Positions 8,843-17,629 of a stretch of 34,766 nucleotides of DNA are shown one piece after another; the stretch's first letter is position 1; each line of letters begins with the position of its first letter. Made by a program: the position numbers and the translations under genes. This DNA comes from an uncultured Bacteriovoracaceae bacterium (lineage in GTDB: Bacteria > Bdellovibrionota > UBA1018): contig CAYJTX010000003.1 of the NCBI GenBank assembly GCA_964372615.1, positions 1-34,766 on the forward strand, written 5' to 3'. The notes under the pieces were generated by a model. That model was not told where the DNA came from. It searched no databases and worked only from the letters and a program-made list of their open reading frames with translations.

Positions 8843-10239
8843 CCGTCGAAGTCAGGATTCAGCGTATCGAGCCGCTCGGAGATCTGTCTCTCAAGCCCAA
8901 CCTGTTTCGGGCGGTAAAAGCGCTTTCCGAGAAGCTCGGCCGGTAGATGCGTCTGGCGCGCACGCTGCCCGGCATCATCGTGGGCGTACTGGTAACCCTG
9001 GCCGTAACCTTCCTTCTTCATGAGGCTCGTGACGGCATTCCGCAGATGCATCGGTACGGGAAGCGCGCCCGACTTCCTGACCTCGTCGACCGCTTCGCCG
9101 ATACCCGCGTAGGCCGCGTTGCTCTTGGGCGCGCAAGCCAAGTAGGTCACCGCCTGGGCGAGAGGGATGCGCCCCTCCGGCATTCCCAGAAAGTCGACCG
9201 CCTGCTGGGCCGAAATCGCGAGCTGGAGAGCCCGCGGGTCGGCGTTTCCGACGTCCTCGCTCGCCAGAATCACCAGCCGACGCGCGATGAAGAGCGGGGC
9301 TTCGCCGCCCTCGAGCATCCTCGCCAGATAATAGAGGCCCGCATGGGGATCGCTGTCCCGGATGCTCTTGATGAACGCCGAGATCACGCTGTAGTGCTCT
9401 TCGCCGGACTTGTCGTAGGGAATGGGTTGACGCTCGAGCGCCGACTCCAGCGCCGCCTGGACCTCCTCGACACCCAGAGGAGCGTCCCCTTGCGAGCCGA
9501 AGAGAGCGACCGTCTCGAGGGCCGTCAGCGCGCGTCGGGCGTCGCCCTCGCAGGTCTCCGAGAGCCAGCGGATCGCCTCGGCCTGAAGCCTCAGAAATCC
9601 TCCGAGCCCCCTTTCGGGATCCGCCAGCGCCCGCTCAAGCAGCCGCGCGATCGCCAAAGGCTCCAAGCGCTCAAGACGAATGACCCTCGTTCTCGACAGA
9701 AGAGCCGTGTTCAGCTCGAAAGAGGGGTTTTCGGTCGTCGCTCCGACGAGAGTGACCGTGCCATTCTCGACGTGAGGCAGTAGAGCGTCCTGCTGCGAAC
9801 GATTGAAACGATGGATCTCGTCGACGAAGAGCACCGACTTGCGGCGAGAGAGCGCCCAGGCCTGCCGGGCCCGCTCGACCGACTCCTTGATATCCTTCAC
9901 CCCGGCCAGAACCGCGCTGAGGGACTCGAATCGCGACTGGGTCCGCTCGGCGATGATGCGACCCAGGGTCGTCTTCCCGCAGCCCGGGGGACCCCAAAGA
10001 ACGAGCGAAGGAACGCGGTCGGCTTCAACCCATCGTCGCAATGGCTTTTCCGGCCCGAGAACCTTCTCCTGTCCCACGAACTCCTCGAGGGTCCTTGGCC
10101 GCATCCGGTGCGCAAGCGGCCCGCGACCCGGCTCGTTAGGATGAGAGCCTTGCAGCCCTACTTCGGCCGAGATGGGCGCGGTGCCGAGGTGCCCTCCGAA
10201 AAGGTCTCCTAACTCATTTGATTGCAAGGGCGATGACAA
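8836..10239 (-). CDS. rarA: Replication-associated recombination protein A (AAA+ ATPase RarA/MgsA)
   Basis: 'PLAHRMRPRTLEEFVGQEKVLG', Walker A 'LWGPPGCGKTTL', 'LFVDEIHRFNRSQQDALLPHVENGTVTLVGATTENPSFELNTALLSR', and 'YDKSGEEHYSVISAFIKSIRDSDPHAGLYYLARML'. The TTG start at 10239 follows AAGGA, but the exact start is uncertain. Confidence 0.9.
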   Translation of the reverse strand: MSSPLQSNELGDLFGGHLGTAPISAEVGLQGSHPNEPGRGPLAHRMRPRTLEEFVGQEKVLGPEKPLRRWVEADRVPSLVLWGPPGCGKTTLGRIIAERTQSRFESLSAVLAGVKDIKESVERARQAWALSRRKSVLFVDEIHRFNRSQQDALLPHVENGTVTLVGATTENPSFELNTALLSRTRVIRLERLEPLAIARLLERALADPERGLGGFLRLQAEAIRWLSETCEGDARRALTALETVALFGSQGDAPLGVEEVQAALESALERQPIPYDKSGEEHYSVISAFIKSIRDSDPHAGLYYLARMLEGGEAPLFIARRLVILASEDVGNADPRALQLAISAQQAVDFLGMPEGRIPLAQAVTYLACAPKSNAAYAGIGEAVDEVRKSGALPVPMHLRNAVTSLMKKEGYGQGYQYAHDDAGQRARQTHLPAELLGKRFYRPKQVGLERQISERLDTLNPDFDGK

Positions 10240-10270
10240 GGGTACGTCCTTTGCTTAGACTGGGGGCGCA

Positions 10271-11203
10271 ATGGCTGACCCCGCGGTTCGTCTCTCCTTC
10301 AAGCGCGTCGGACTCATCGTCAAGCACAATCACGCCGAGGCCACTGAAATGGCCGTCGAGGTGGGCCAATTCCTGATTGCGCAGAAGGCCGCGCTCGTCT
10401 TCGCGACGGAGAGCGCACGCCTCGCGGCAAAGCTGAAGCGTCATTCCGGGGCAACGGCCGCGACCCGCGGAGCGGTCAAGGTCGTCGAAAAGGCCGACAT
10501 GCCCTCGCACTGTGACCTGGTCATCGTCTTCGGGGGTGACGGCACATTTCTCAGCATCGCGCGGCACATGAGGACCCGGAGCGTCCCGGTGATGGGCGTC
10601 AACATGGGACAGCTGGGCTTTCTGACGGAGATCAAGAAGTCGGAGGCGTTTGATCTGATCCGGGAGTTCATGAGCGGCACCCAAGCCCCCATCAGCGAAC
10701 GGGTGCTCCTCGAGGTCACGGTGAGAAGACGGGGCCGGATTTTCTTTCAAGGTCCGGTCGTCAACGACGCGGTCATCTCGAAGGGAGCGATCGCCCGAAT
10801 CATCGGCCTGCAGGTCGACATCAACGGCAGGCCCGCGAGCACGGTACGCGCCGACGGGCTGATCCTCAGCACTCCGACCGGCTCGACCGCCTACGCGCTC
10901 GCGGCCGGCGGTCCGATCCTGGAGCCCAGCGTTCCCGCGCTGATCCTCGCGCCGATCTGCCCCCACAGCCTCACGCATCGCCCCCTCGTGGTGCCGGACC
11001 GTTCGGAAATCACCATCCACGTGAAGGATCGGCCTGGCCACCTGATGCTCACGCTCGACGGTCAGGACGCCGTCGACCTCAAGGAAGACGACGAGGTCTG
11101 CGTCCGGAAATTCAAGAAGCACAATCTCAAGATCGTATCCACCCCCGGACGCGACTATTACGCGCTCCTGCGCGAGAAGCTCAGGTTCGGGACCAAGAAC
11201 TGA
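10271..11203 (+). CDS. nadK: NAD kinase
   Basis: 'DLVIVFGGDGTFLSIARH' (GGDG motif), 'GVNMGQLGFLTE', and 'DGLILSTPTGSTAYALAAGGPIL'. The common nadK-recN synteny is present. Confidence 0.9.
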   Translation: MADPAVRLSFKRVGLIVKHNHAEATEMAVEVGQFLIAQKAALVFATESARLAAKLKRHSGATAATRGAVKVVEKADMPSHCDLVIVFGGDGTFLSIARHMRTRSVPVMGVNMGQLGFLTEIKKSEAFDLIREFMSGTQAPISERVLLEVTVRRRGRIFFQGPVVNDAVISKGAIARIIGLQVDINGRPASTVRADGLILSTPTGSTAYALAAGGPILEPSVPALILAPICPHSLTHRPLVVPDRSEITIHVKDRPGHLMLTLDGQDAVDLKEDDEVCVRKFKKHNLKIVSTPGRDYYALLREKLRFGTKN

Positions 11204-11222
11204 CCCTCAGGGAGACCCAGGC

Positions 11223-12896
11223 ATGCTCGAAACCCTCCGAATCCGAAACATCGCCATCATCGACTCGGCCGAAATTCCTTTCAGGAAGGGACTGAATATC
11301 CTCTCCGGCGAAACGGGCGCCGGAAAGTCGATCGTGATCGAGGCCATCTCGTTGCTCCTGGGAGGCCGGGGAAGCGCCGATCTGATCCGCTCGGGCTGCG
11401 AGGAGGCGGTGGTCGAGGGCGCGTTCGAGGTCTCCGAGCATCCCTGGATGAGGCAGAGGCTCGAGAAGCTCGGTTTCGACCCGTCGAACGACCCGCTGCT
11501 TCTCAAGAGGGTCGTTTCGCGAAACGGAAGAAGCCGAGTGCACGTGAACGGAGAGCTCGCGACCGTCGCGATGCTGCAGCAGCTCGGCGACGGCCTGGTC
11601 GACCTTTGCGGGCAGCATGAGCATCAGTCGCTCGTCAGACCCTCCGTCCAGCTCGACCTGCTCGACCGGTACGGTGGCCTCGTCGGCCTCGCGCAGGACG
11701 TAGGCATCGCGTTCGACCGCTTTCGAGCCAGCTCAGACGAGCTCAGCCGGCTGCGAGGGGACGAAACCGGTCGCAGCGCGCGGGCCGATTTCCTGCGCTT
11801 CCAGATCGACGAGATTTCACAGGCCGCGCTTCAGACCGGGGAGGACGTGAAGCTCCAGGAAGAGAAGCGCCTCCTCCAGTCCGCCGAAAGCCGGGTCCAG
11901 CTCGCCCAGGCGTCTCGCTCTGCGGTCGACTCCGGCGAGGAAGGGGCGATCGTGGCCCTTCGAGCGGCGATCGCGAAGGCGCGAGCCCTGCAGGCGCTCG
12001 ATCCCTCGGTCGAGACGACTCGGGAGCCTCTCGAGCGCGCGCTAGCCGAGTGCGAGGACGCCTGCTCGCGGCTGGACCGCTACGTGAGCGCGGTCGATCT
12101 GAACCCCGAGCGCCTTTCGGCGGTCCAAGATCGGCTCTCGCTGATCGCCGCGCTTCGGAAGAAGTACGGCGCCTCTGTCGAAGAGATGCTGTCGACCCTC
12201 TCCCGGCTTGAAAACGAGCTCGGCGGCCTCACCGGTGCGGAGAGCCGGATGGGTGAGCTCGCTGTGAATCTGGAGCATGCCCGCGAAACGTTGGCGGCGC
12301 TCGCGGCAGACCTGGGGAAACGGCGCGAGAAATTCGCGGAAACGTTCGGAACCTCGGTCACCGCCGAGCTCGCCGACCTCCGGATGGGCGAGGCGCGCCT
12401 CGACTTCGAAGTCTCGCACCGGAGCGGCCCCGACAGCTGGTCCCGGACGGGAGCGGACGACGTCCAGCTCGTCGTCCGTACGAACGCCGGCGAGCCGTCC
12501 CGTCCCCTCGGAAAGATCGCCTCGGGCGGGGAGCTCTCCCGCCTGATGCTCGCCATCCGCCGGGTCATCGCGGATCGGGGTGGAATCGGCGTCTACCTCT
12601 TCGACGAGATCGACGCCGGCATCGGAGGGCAGACGGCCTTCGAGGTCGGACGAAAGCTCAAGTCCGTAGCCCAGTACAACCAGGTCATCTGCATCACGCA
12701 CCTGCCCCAGGTCGCCTCCTTCGCGGATCACCACCTCACTGTCCGCAAGCGAGTGCAGGGCAGCAGAACCCTGACCGAGGTCGGCGAGCTGTCGCCCAAG
12801 GATCGCCGCGACGAGATCGCGCGGATGCTCGCGGGCCCCAAGCTCACTCAGCGTTCGCTCGAGAGCGCGGCCGAGCTGATCCGGATGTCGCGCTAG
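11223..12896 (+). CDS. recN: DNA repair protein RecN
   Basis: N-terminus 'MLETLRIRNIAIIDSAEIPFRKGLNILSGETGAGKSIVIEAISLLLGGR', a long coiled-coil middle, C-terminal 'ASGGELSRLMLAI' (SMC signature) and 'LFDEIDAGIGG'. Confidence 0.92.
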   Translation: MLETLRIRNIAIIDSAEIPFRKGLNILSGETGAGKSIVIEAISLLLGGRGSADLIRSGCEEAVVEGAFEVSEHPWMRQRLEKLGFDPSNDPLLLKRVVSRNGRSRVHVNGELATVAMLQQLGDGLVDLCGQHEHQSLVRPSVQLDLLDRYGGLVGLAQDVGIAFDRFRASSDELSRLRGDETGRSARADFLRFQIDEISQAALQTGEDVKLQEEKRLLQSAESRVQLAQASRSAVDSGEEGAIVALRAAIAKARALQALDPSVETTREPLERALAECEDACSRLDRYVSAVDLNPERLSAVQDRLSLIAALRKKYGASVEEMLSTLSRLENELGGLTGAESRMGELAVNLEHARETLAALAADLGKRREKFAETFGTSVTAELADLRMGEARLDFEVSHRSGPDSWSRTGADDVQLVVRTNAGEPSRPLGKIASGGELSRLMLAIRRVIADRGGIGVYLFDEIDAGIGGQTAFEVGRKLKSVAQYNQVICITHLPQVASFADHHLTVRKRVQGSRTLTEVGELSPKDRRDEIARMLAGPKLTQRSLESAAELIRMSR

Positions 12897-12913
12897 CGTG
12901 GTGAAGGCTGACG

Positions 12914-12933
12914 CCGCTTCCCTAAGGAAGCGG
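12914..12933. terminator. Short hairpin between convergent recN and the phosphoesterase gene
   Basis: CCGCTTCC-CTAA-GGAAGCGG (8-bp stem) overlapping the TAG stop at 12922-12924. No clear U-tract. Confidence 0.3.
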
Positions 12934-13674
12934 TATCCGCCGAATCTCGGTGTCGCCCGGCTCCCAGAGAAGCATCGATCCATGCGCTCGCGGATATCCC
13001 ACGTTCACGTATTGCCCGATCCGGCCCTCGACCTGGAACTTCATCTCGTCCAGGTCGTGGCAATGCCCGAGCACCACGAAATCAAATCCCTCCGCGATGC
13101 GAGCCGCGGCGAAGCTGCGGAATACCTTCCTGAGGCGCTCGCGCCGCTCAATGGGCATCTCCGCGGGAAGGAGCGGCTTGCGCCCCCGGCTCGCGTCGCT
13201 GCTCGTGCGGCCGATCCAGTCGATCACGGATCCCGGCATCACCCGGACGAATGCCTTCATCAAACCACTTCGAAAGAAGCCTCGGAGCGCGCGATACCCG
13301 TAGTCGGAGGTGTCGGCCAGATCTCCGTGCGCCACGTAAAAGCGTCTCTCTCCCAGATCGAGGCGGATCTCCTGGCCGTGGACCTGGACGCCCGGAATCC
13401 GGCCGAAAGCATTATGAATGAGAAAATCGTGGTTCCCTTCGATGTAGTGAATGTCGGCCCCGCGTCCTCCGCACTCCGCCAAGGCCTCGAGGAACGCGCG
13501 GTACCGGTCGCGAAAAATCCCCTTCCCTCCCACGAAAAGGTCGAAGAGGTCGCCCCCCAGGACGACGGTATCGCCCGGTCCGACCTTCTCCCTCAGCAGC
13601 GCGAGCAGGGAGCGGTAAATCGGATCTTCAGGACCGGTAACGTGGAGGTCGGAGATAAAGTAGATTCGGGACAC
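12922..13674 (-). CDS. LpxH-family calcineurin-like metallophosphoesterase (probable UDP-2,3-diacylglucosamine hydrolase)
   Basis: Motifs appear in order: 'YFISDLHV', 'VVLGGDLFDLF', 'IEGNHDF', 'YVAHGD', 'VVLGHCHD'. The + strand ORF 12898..13707 is a shadow. Confidence 0.78.
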   Translation of the reverse strand: MSRIYFISDLHVTGPEDPIYRSLLALLREKVGPGDTVVLGGDLFDLFVGGKGIFRDRYRAFLEALAECGGRGADIHYIEGNHDFLIHNAFGRIPGVQVHGQEIRLDLGERRFYVAHGDLADTSDYGYRALRGFFRSGLMKAFVRVMPGSVIDWIGRTSSDASRGRKPLLPAEMPIERRERLRKVFRSFAAARIAEGFDFVVLGHCHDLDEMKFQVEGRIGQYVNVGYPRAHGSMLLWEPGDTEIRRIPLP

Positions 13675-13694
13675 CGATGCAGGATTATGCTGGC

Positions 13695-14108
13695 TCAGAA
13701 CTTCTGATCAAGGATTTTTCCGCGTCCGCGCGTATCGTCCGCCGCCGCCTCGCGAAGCTTGAGAAACTCCTCGCCTGAGTACTGCCGCAGCACTCGGCCT
13801 CCAGCGTCCTTCAGCACGACCCGGAGTCCCGGGCCCTTTCCTACCGCTGTCGCAGTGATTCCGTTGGCTTGGGCGATCGCCTCGTGCCCGAATTTCTCGA
13901 CAGCCTGGCTGACTTGGCCGTCCTTCACGGAGGCGGCTGCGAGCGCCTTCTCAAACTCGGACTCCGACTCCGACTCCTTCGATTCACGTTCGTCCCTCTT
14001 GCGGCCACCGCCGTGGCCGCCCCCTCCCCCGGAGTCTCCGTCGCCCTCCTTGCGGGCTTGGACCTCCTGGAGAACCTGGATTGCCTGGGATACAGACGCG
14101 ATCTTCAC
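13695..14108 (-). CDS. FlaG-like flagellar protein with a Gly-rich/acidic low-complexity insert
   Basis: 137 aa. The C-terminal 'GLRVVLKDAGGRVLRQYSGEEFLKLREAA....GKILDQKF' resembles the FlaG family core (x-V-V-D-x-x-G-x-V-I-R-Q-x-P-x-E-E-x-L). GTG start with an in-frame TAG two codons upstream. No SD. Confidence 0.55.
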   Translation of the reverse strand: MKIASVSQAIQVLQEVQARKEGDGDSGGGGGHGGGRKRDERESKESESESEFEKALAAASVKDGQVSQAVEKFGHEAIAQANGITATAVGKGPGLRVVLKDAGGRVLRQYSGEEFLKLREAAADDTRGRGKILDQKF

Positions 14109-14115
14109 GATCTAC

Positions 14116-14143
14116 GGATCGGCGCCATCAGGCCGCAGTTTGA
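14116..14143 (-). promoter_or_regulatory. Candidate sigma28 (FliA)-type promoter upstream of the FlaG-like ORF
   Basis: The minus strand reads TCAA-N16-GCCGATCC (consensus TAAA-N15-GCCGATAA). The -10 element ends only 7 nt before the GTG start. Confidence 0.35.
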
Positions 14144-14258
14144 GGGTTGTCGCGATTCGAGATGGAATGGGGCGCTTCTCCAGAGAAGAAGAGGCCTAAT
14201 TTGTCCGAAAATTGGACAGGAGGCAGACACTCGTCAAGGGATTGGCGGAGGCAGATAG

Positions 14259-16355
14259 TTACGCAGCTACGAGCGCCGGCCCGGATTTCGGCTCTGACGT
14301 GGGTGTCACAGCCGGCTCGCCGAAGATCAATATGGAGTGATGGAAGCCGAACGCGTCGTCCGCCTCCGCCTCCGACCCCCGGCCTAGAATGGCCAGGGCC
14401 TCCGCCGCGGGCGCGTTCTGGCCTCCCCGCACGAAACGGCGAGGCATGATGAGTGACGTACGGGTCTCCTGGCCCACGAACTGGGCCTCAAGCTCAAGCA
14501 GCCGGCCGCTCTCCACGAGCGCGCTAGCGCTTCCGACGTCTTCCCAGGCCGGCTCCCGAATGGACCCGAAAGACTCCCAGATCGGCCGAAGGCTTCCCTC
14601 GGTGACGGAGGCACGAAAGCAGAAGTCATCCGGGCGGCCACGCAGGCAGCCGATCTCGCCGAATTGAGTCGCGAGGCTTCGGGAGAGGTGCACGATCTCC
14701 GCGTAGGCGACCGCGGCCCTCCTCCAGGGCGACCCGCCGCGGTCGTTCGGAAAGAGCGCGACCAGCCCATCCCCCTTCTTCCGCACCACAACACCCCGGT
14801 TTCTCGCCACCACGTGATAGACGTGGGAGGTCCAGATGAAGACCAGATTTCCGCTCTCACCCACTTCTTCTTTAGGAACAGCAAGAACTTCGCTTGCCTT
14901 GAGTTCGAACGCCATCACGACTCCGGCTGCGCTCTCAGGCAGGACCGGTTTCTTGTGGTACTCGGAAACCGGAGTCCGGATCGCCGAGACCGACTGCTTG
15001 CGGTACTCGTGAAAGATCACGAGACCGAGATAGAGCACCAGGCCGAGGTGCACGAAGTTCCTGGAAAACACCTGATAGTGATCGGTGCTCCGCGCCCCCA
15101 CCCTGTCCGCCGTGATGGCGTAGAGCGCGGTCAAACCCAGGAGCCCTGCCGCAAAGAGCGCCAGCTGCAGAAACCGGTGGGGGACCCACCTGCCTTCGGC
15201 CTTGAGCCTCCAGAGGTTGAACGCCTGCAGGCCGCAGACCGTGGCGCCGATCAGGAATCCCAGGGGCAGAATCGTCTGGCCTATCCACCGCTCGAGGTCA
15301 GATAGCTCATTCGCGGATCGAAAAAACGGGAAAATCACCAGGGGCAGCAAGGCGGCCGCCGGCACGCCCCAGGAGAAGATCACTCCCCGACTGCGCGCAA
15401 GGGCGAAGCCCAGGAACATCCCGTGGGCGCCCAGCTGCGTCTTGAGATAGGCGCTCACGAAGTAGAGATGGTCCATCGGCAGAGAGAGGAAAAAAGTGTC
15501 GATCGAGCGGGCCTGGATCGCGCCCCCGATCAGCGCGAAGACGGAGAGGTAAAAGTACTCTGGCTTCGACCGCGCGAAGGCCCAGGCCATGAAAAAGAAA
15601 ATCGCGACCACGAGGTTCATCACCATGATGGCGATCGGCCGGGTCTTGGCCCAGAACATCGTGAAATTCCTGAGCGACTCGATATTCTTCGAGCTGAAGA
15701 ATCCCGTCGACACGTGCGCATTGAGCATGTCGACGTATGGATGACCCGAGTCGTTGGTGATCTCGATCGCGATACGCATCGGCTTGCCTTGACGCGCCAG
15801 CCTGGGAGCCAGCGAGGGCGGGAGCGTCAGGACCATGGGCTCACTGTCCCTCCGGACGCCCTCGAGTACGAACTCTCCATCCACCCACACCCGATGCTTC
15901 GCTCGAATCCACCCCAGAACGAGGAACGGCGCCCTTTTCTCGATGGCCTGCGCGACACTTTCAGCGGGTACCTCGTACCCGAGCCAGAAAACCTGCCCGG
16001 CCGTCTCGCGAATGCGACTGAGGTGCGCGGGATCCGATCGCCTCGTCGAGCTCTCCCAGAGCGCGCTTCTCGTAACGGAGGCGGGGCAGCCGGCCCCTGC
16101 AACGCTTCCCGGGCACTCGACGGCTTCGGCTCCGAAGAGCGTTTTCCAGCCGGAGTTATCGAAGGGAACTTCCGGGCTGACTTCTCGCCACGCCCTTACG
16201 TTGCTCGTGAAGGGCGGAAGGAAAACCCAGCCCAGAACCGCGAGCATAGTGAGAAAGAGAAAGACTTTTCCCACGCGGGCGGTTGGGGCATCGAGCTCCC
16301 GCGCGTCGGCCGGAGTTCGATAGAGAGCGCTCGACAGTCTTTCCAGGAACCTCAT
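14259..16355 (-). CDS. 7TMR-DISM-type membrane receptor with a C-terminal class III nucleotidyl-cyclase homology domain (possibly degenerate)
   Basis: The start is set to the ATG at 16355 because the GTG at 16409 lies inside the flagellin terminator stem. Architecture: N-terminal TM, ~200-aa extracytoplasmic domain, about 7 hydrophobic helices, then 'VVMAFELKASE...VVRKKGDGLVALF...FRASVTEGSLRPIW...WEDVGSASALVESG'. The last part follows the cyclase pattern (F-x-D-x-x-G-F-T ... K-x-x-GD-x-x-x-x-F ... R-x-G-x-x-x-G ... G-D-x-V-N-x-A-x-R-x-E), with substitutions at the first metal Asp and at the N/R positions. Confidence 0.72.
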   Translation of the reverse strand: MRFLERLSSALYRTPADARELDAPTARVGKVFLFLTMLAVLGWVFLPPFTSNVRAWREVSPEVPFDNSGWKTLFGAEAVECPGSVAGAGCPASVTRSALWESSTRRSDPAHLSRIRETAGQVFWLGYEVPAESVAQAIEKRAPFLVLGWIRAKHRVWVDGEFVLEGVRRDSEPMVLTLPPSLAPRLARQGKPMRIAIEITNDSGHPYVDMLNAHVSTGFFSSKNIESLRNFTMFWAKTRPIAIMVMNLVVAIFFFMAWAFARSKPEYFYLSVFALIGGAIQARSIDTFFLSLPMDHLYFVSAYLKTQLGAHGMFLGFALARSRGVIFSWGVPAAALLPLVIFPFFRSANELSDLERWIGQTILPLGFLIGATVCGLQAFNLWRLKAEGRWVPHRFLQLALFAAGLLGLTALYAITADRVGARSTDHYQVFSRNFVHLGLVLYLGLVIFHEYRKQSVSAIRTPVSEYHKKPVLPESAAGVVMAFELKASEVLAVPKEEVGESGNLVFIWTSHVYHVVARNRGVVVRKKGDGLVALFPNDRGGSPWRRAAVAYAEIVHLSRSLATQFGEIGCLRGRPDDFCFRASVTEGSLRPIWESFGSIREPAWEDVGSASALVESGRLLELEAQFVGQETRTSLIMPRRFVRGGQNAPAAEALAILGRGSEAEADDAFGFHHSILIFGEPAVTPTSEPKSGPALVAA

Positions 16356-16385
16356 AGGTAATCTCACAGCGCCGCATGCACTGGG

Positions 16386-16419
16386 AAAAACCCCCCGGGA
16401 GCTCGGCACTCCCGGGGGG
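16386..16419 (-). terminator. Intrinsic terminator of flagellin gene 1
   Basis: The minus strand reads CCCCCCGGGAG-TGCCGAG-CTCCCGGGGGG followed by TTTTT (11-bp GC stem plus U-tract), 50 nt after the flagellin stop. Confidence 0.85.
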
Positions 16420-16469
16420 TGGGCGTAAGGAACCGATAGACCCTATTGTCTATACGGTTCGGGCGCACC

Positions 16470-17309
16470 TTAGAGCAGCTTCAGGGCCTGCATCGGAGCG
16501 GTATTGGCCTGCGCCAGGACCGAGACGCCGGCTGACTGAAGGATCTGACCCCGCACGAGCTCGGAGGTCTCCGAAGCCACGTCCGCGTCCGTGATCCGGG
16601 ACCTGGCATGGGCGAGGTTCTCCTTCGCGAGGCCGAGGTTGTTCACGGTCCCGTGGAGTTTGTTCTGAGCCGCTCCCAGCCTGGCTCTCGACTCGAAGAC
16701 CTTGCCCAGAGCCTCGTCCACCGTGTCGAGCGCTTCCCGGGCGGAATCGATGCTCAGGTAGTCCAGACCGGCGATACCCAGACGATCCGACCGGGTGTTG
16801 TAGTCGTCCGGCTTGAACACGATCCGGTCCGCGTTGTCGTTCTCCTTGAAGATACCGACCTGGAACTGGAGCTCGTCCTTGTCCGACTCGCCGTTCAGGA
16901 GATTGATTCCGTTGAAGTTGGTCACATTCGCGATGCGGTCGACCTCGCCGATGAGCGACTGGATCTCCTGATCGATGAAGCCCCGCTCACGATCCCCCAC
17001 GGTGTCGGAGGACGCCTGGACGGCCAGCTCGCGCATGCGGATGAGGATGTTGCCCACTTCCGAGAGCCCGCCCTCCGCCACCTGCACGAACGAGATGCCG
17101 TCGTTCGCGTTCCGCTCCGCCTGGGTCATCGAACGGATTTGCGCGCGCAGGTTCTCGCTGATCGAGAGTCCCGCGGCGTCGTCGCCCGCCTCGGTGATCC
17201 GGTTGCCGGAAGCCAACCTTTGATACGTTTTGGCCTGCTGTTCACTGGTGTGAGTCAATGCCCGGTTCGCGGTCATTGCAGCCATGTTTGTAGCTATTCT
17301 CAAGCTCAT
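16470..17309 (-). CDS. fliC: Flagellin (short, ~279 aa, lacking a large variable domain)
   Basis: The start is set to 'MSLRIATNMAAMTANRAL' (ATG at 17309 preceded by GGGAGGA). Also 'RLASGNRITEAGDDAAGLSISE', 'NANDGISFVQVAEGGL', and C-terminal 'RITDADVASETSELVRGQILQSAGVSVLAQANTAPMQALKLL'. Confidence 0.93.
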   Translation of the reverse strand: MSLRIATNMAAMTANRALTHTSEQQAKTYQRLASGNRITEAGDDAAGLSISENLRAQIRSMTQAERNANDGISFVQVAEGGLSEVGNILIRMRELAVQASSDTVGDRERGFIDQEIQSLIGEVDRIANVTNFNGINLLNGESDKDELQFQVGIFKENDNADRIVFKPDDYNTRSDRLGIAGLDYLSIDSAREALDTVDEALGKVFESRARLGAAQNKLHGTVNNLGLAKENLAHARSRITDADVASETSELVRGQILQSAGVSVLAQANTAPMQALKLL

Positions 17310-17629
17310 GGTCGAACGTCCTCCCGTTAGTTCCAGACTCGCCGGGATGACGCGGTACGTCACTCCTGGGCCGAACGAGCCCGGTTTCTGCCGCCCCAGA
17401 TCGCATCGCGGACTTACGACCGCGGTGCTCGCAGGAGCGAGCCGAGTTTTGGTTGATACGTCTGTGTGGGAGAGATTCGCGTCACGGCGCGCCGGTCCCT
17501 ACAATTCCGGCGCTTCGTGAGAAGTGGATCCTGAATAGGAATCCGCCTCATGCAACAGCAAGGTACAGGTGGCAGACGTTGCCAGCCTTCGGGGAGCTGG
17601 TGTCTTCTCCCTTCGTGCTGACACCCATC

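Noticed and set aside
8149-8946. Two additional forward-frame ORFs (8149..8946, 8151..8795) and the minus ORFs co-open with the lipoprotein gene
   Set aside because: Only the 8093 frame has an SD, a signal peptide with lipobox and a high third-position GC. The others are Arg/Pro/Ser-rich frame shadows.
13960-13977. Tandem (GACTCC)x3 micro-repeat
   Set aside because: It lies inside the FlaG-like ORF and simply encodes the acidic ESESES low-complexity segment. It is too short to count as a meaningful repeat element or CRISPR.
16356-16409. Upstream GTG start (16409) for the 7TM receptor gene
   Set aside because: This GTG lies inside the stem of the flagellin-1 intrinsic terminator (16386-16419). 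The ATG at 16355 is a more plausible start.
17310-17363. N-terminal extensions of both flagellin ORFs in the track (17310..17363 and 18694..18765)
   Set aside because: Flagellins begin with the conserved M-x-L-R-I/V-x-T-N motif. Both internal ATGs have strong SDs (GGGAGGA, GGAGGTG), and the extensions are not flagellin-like.
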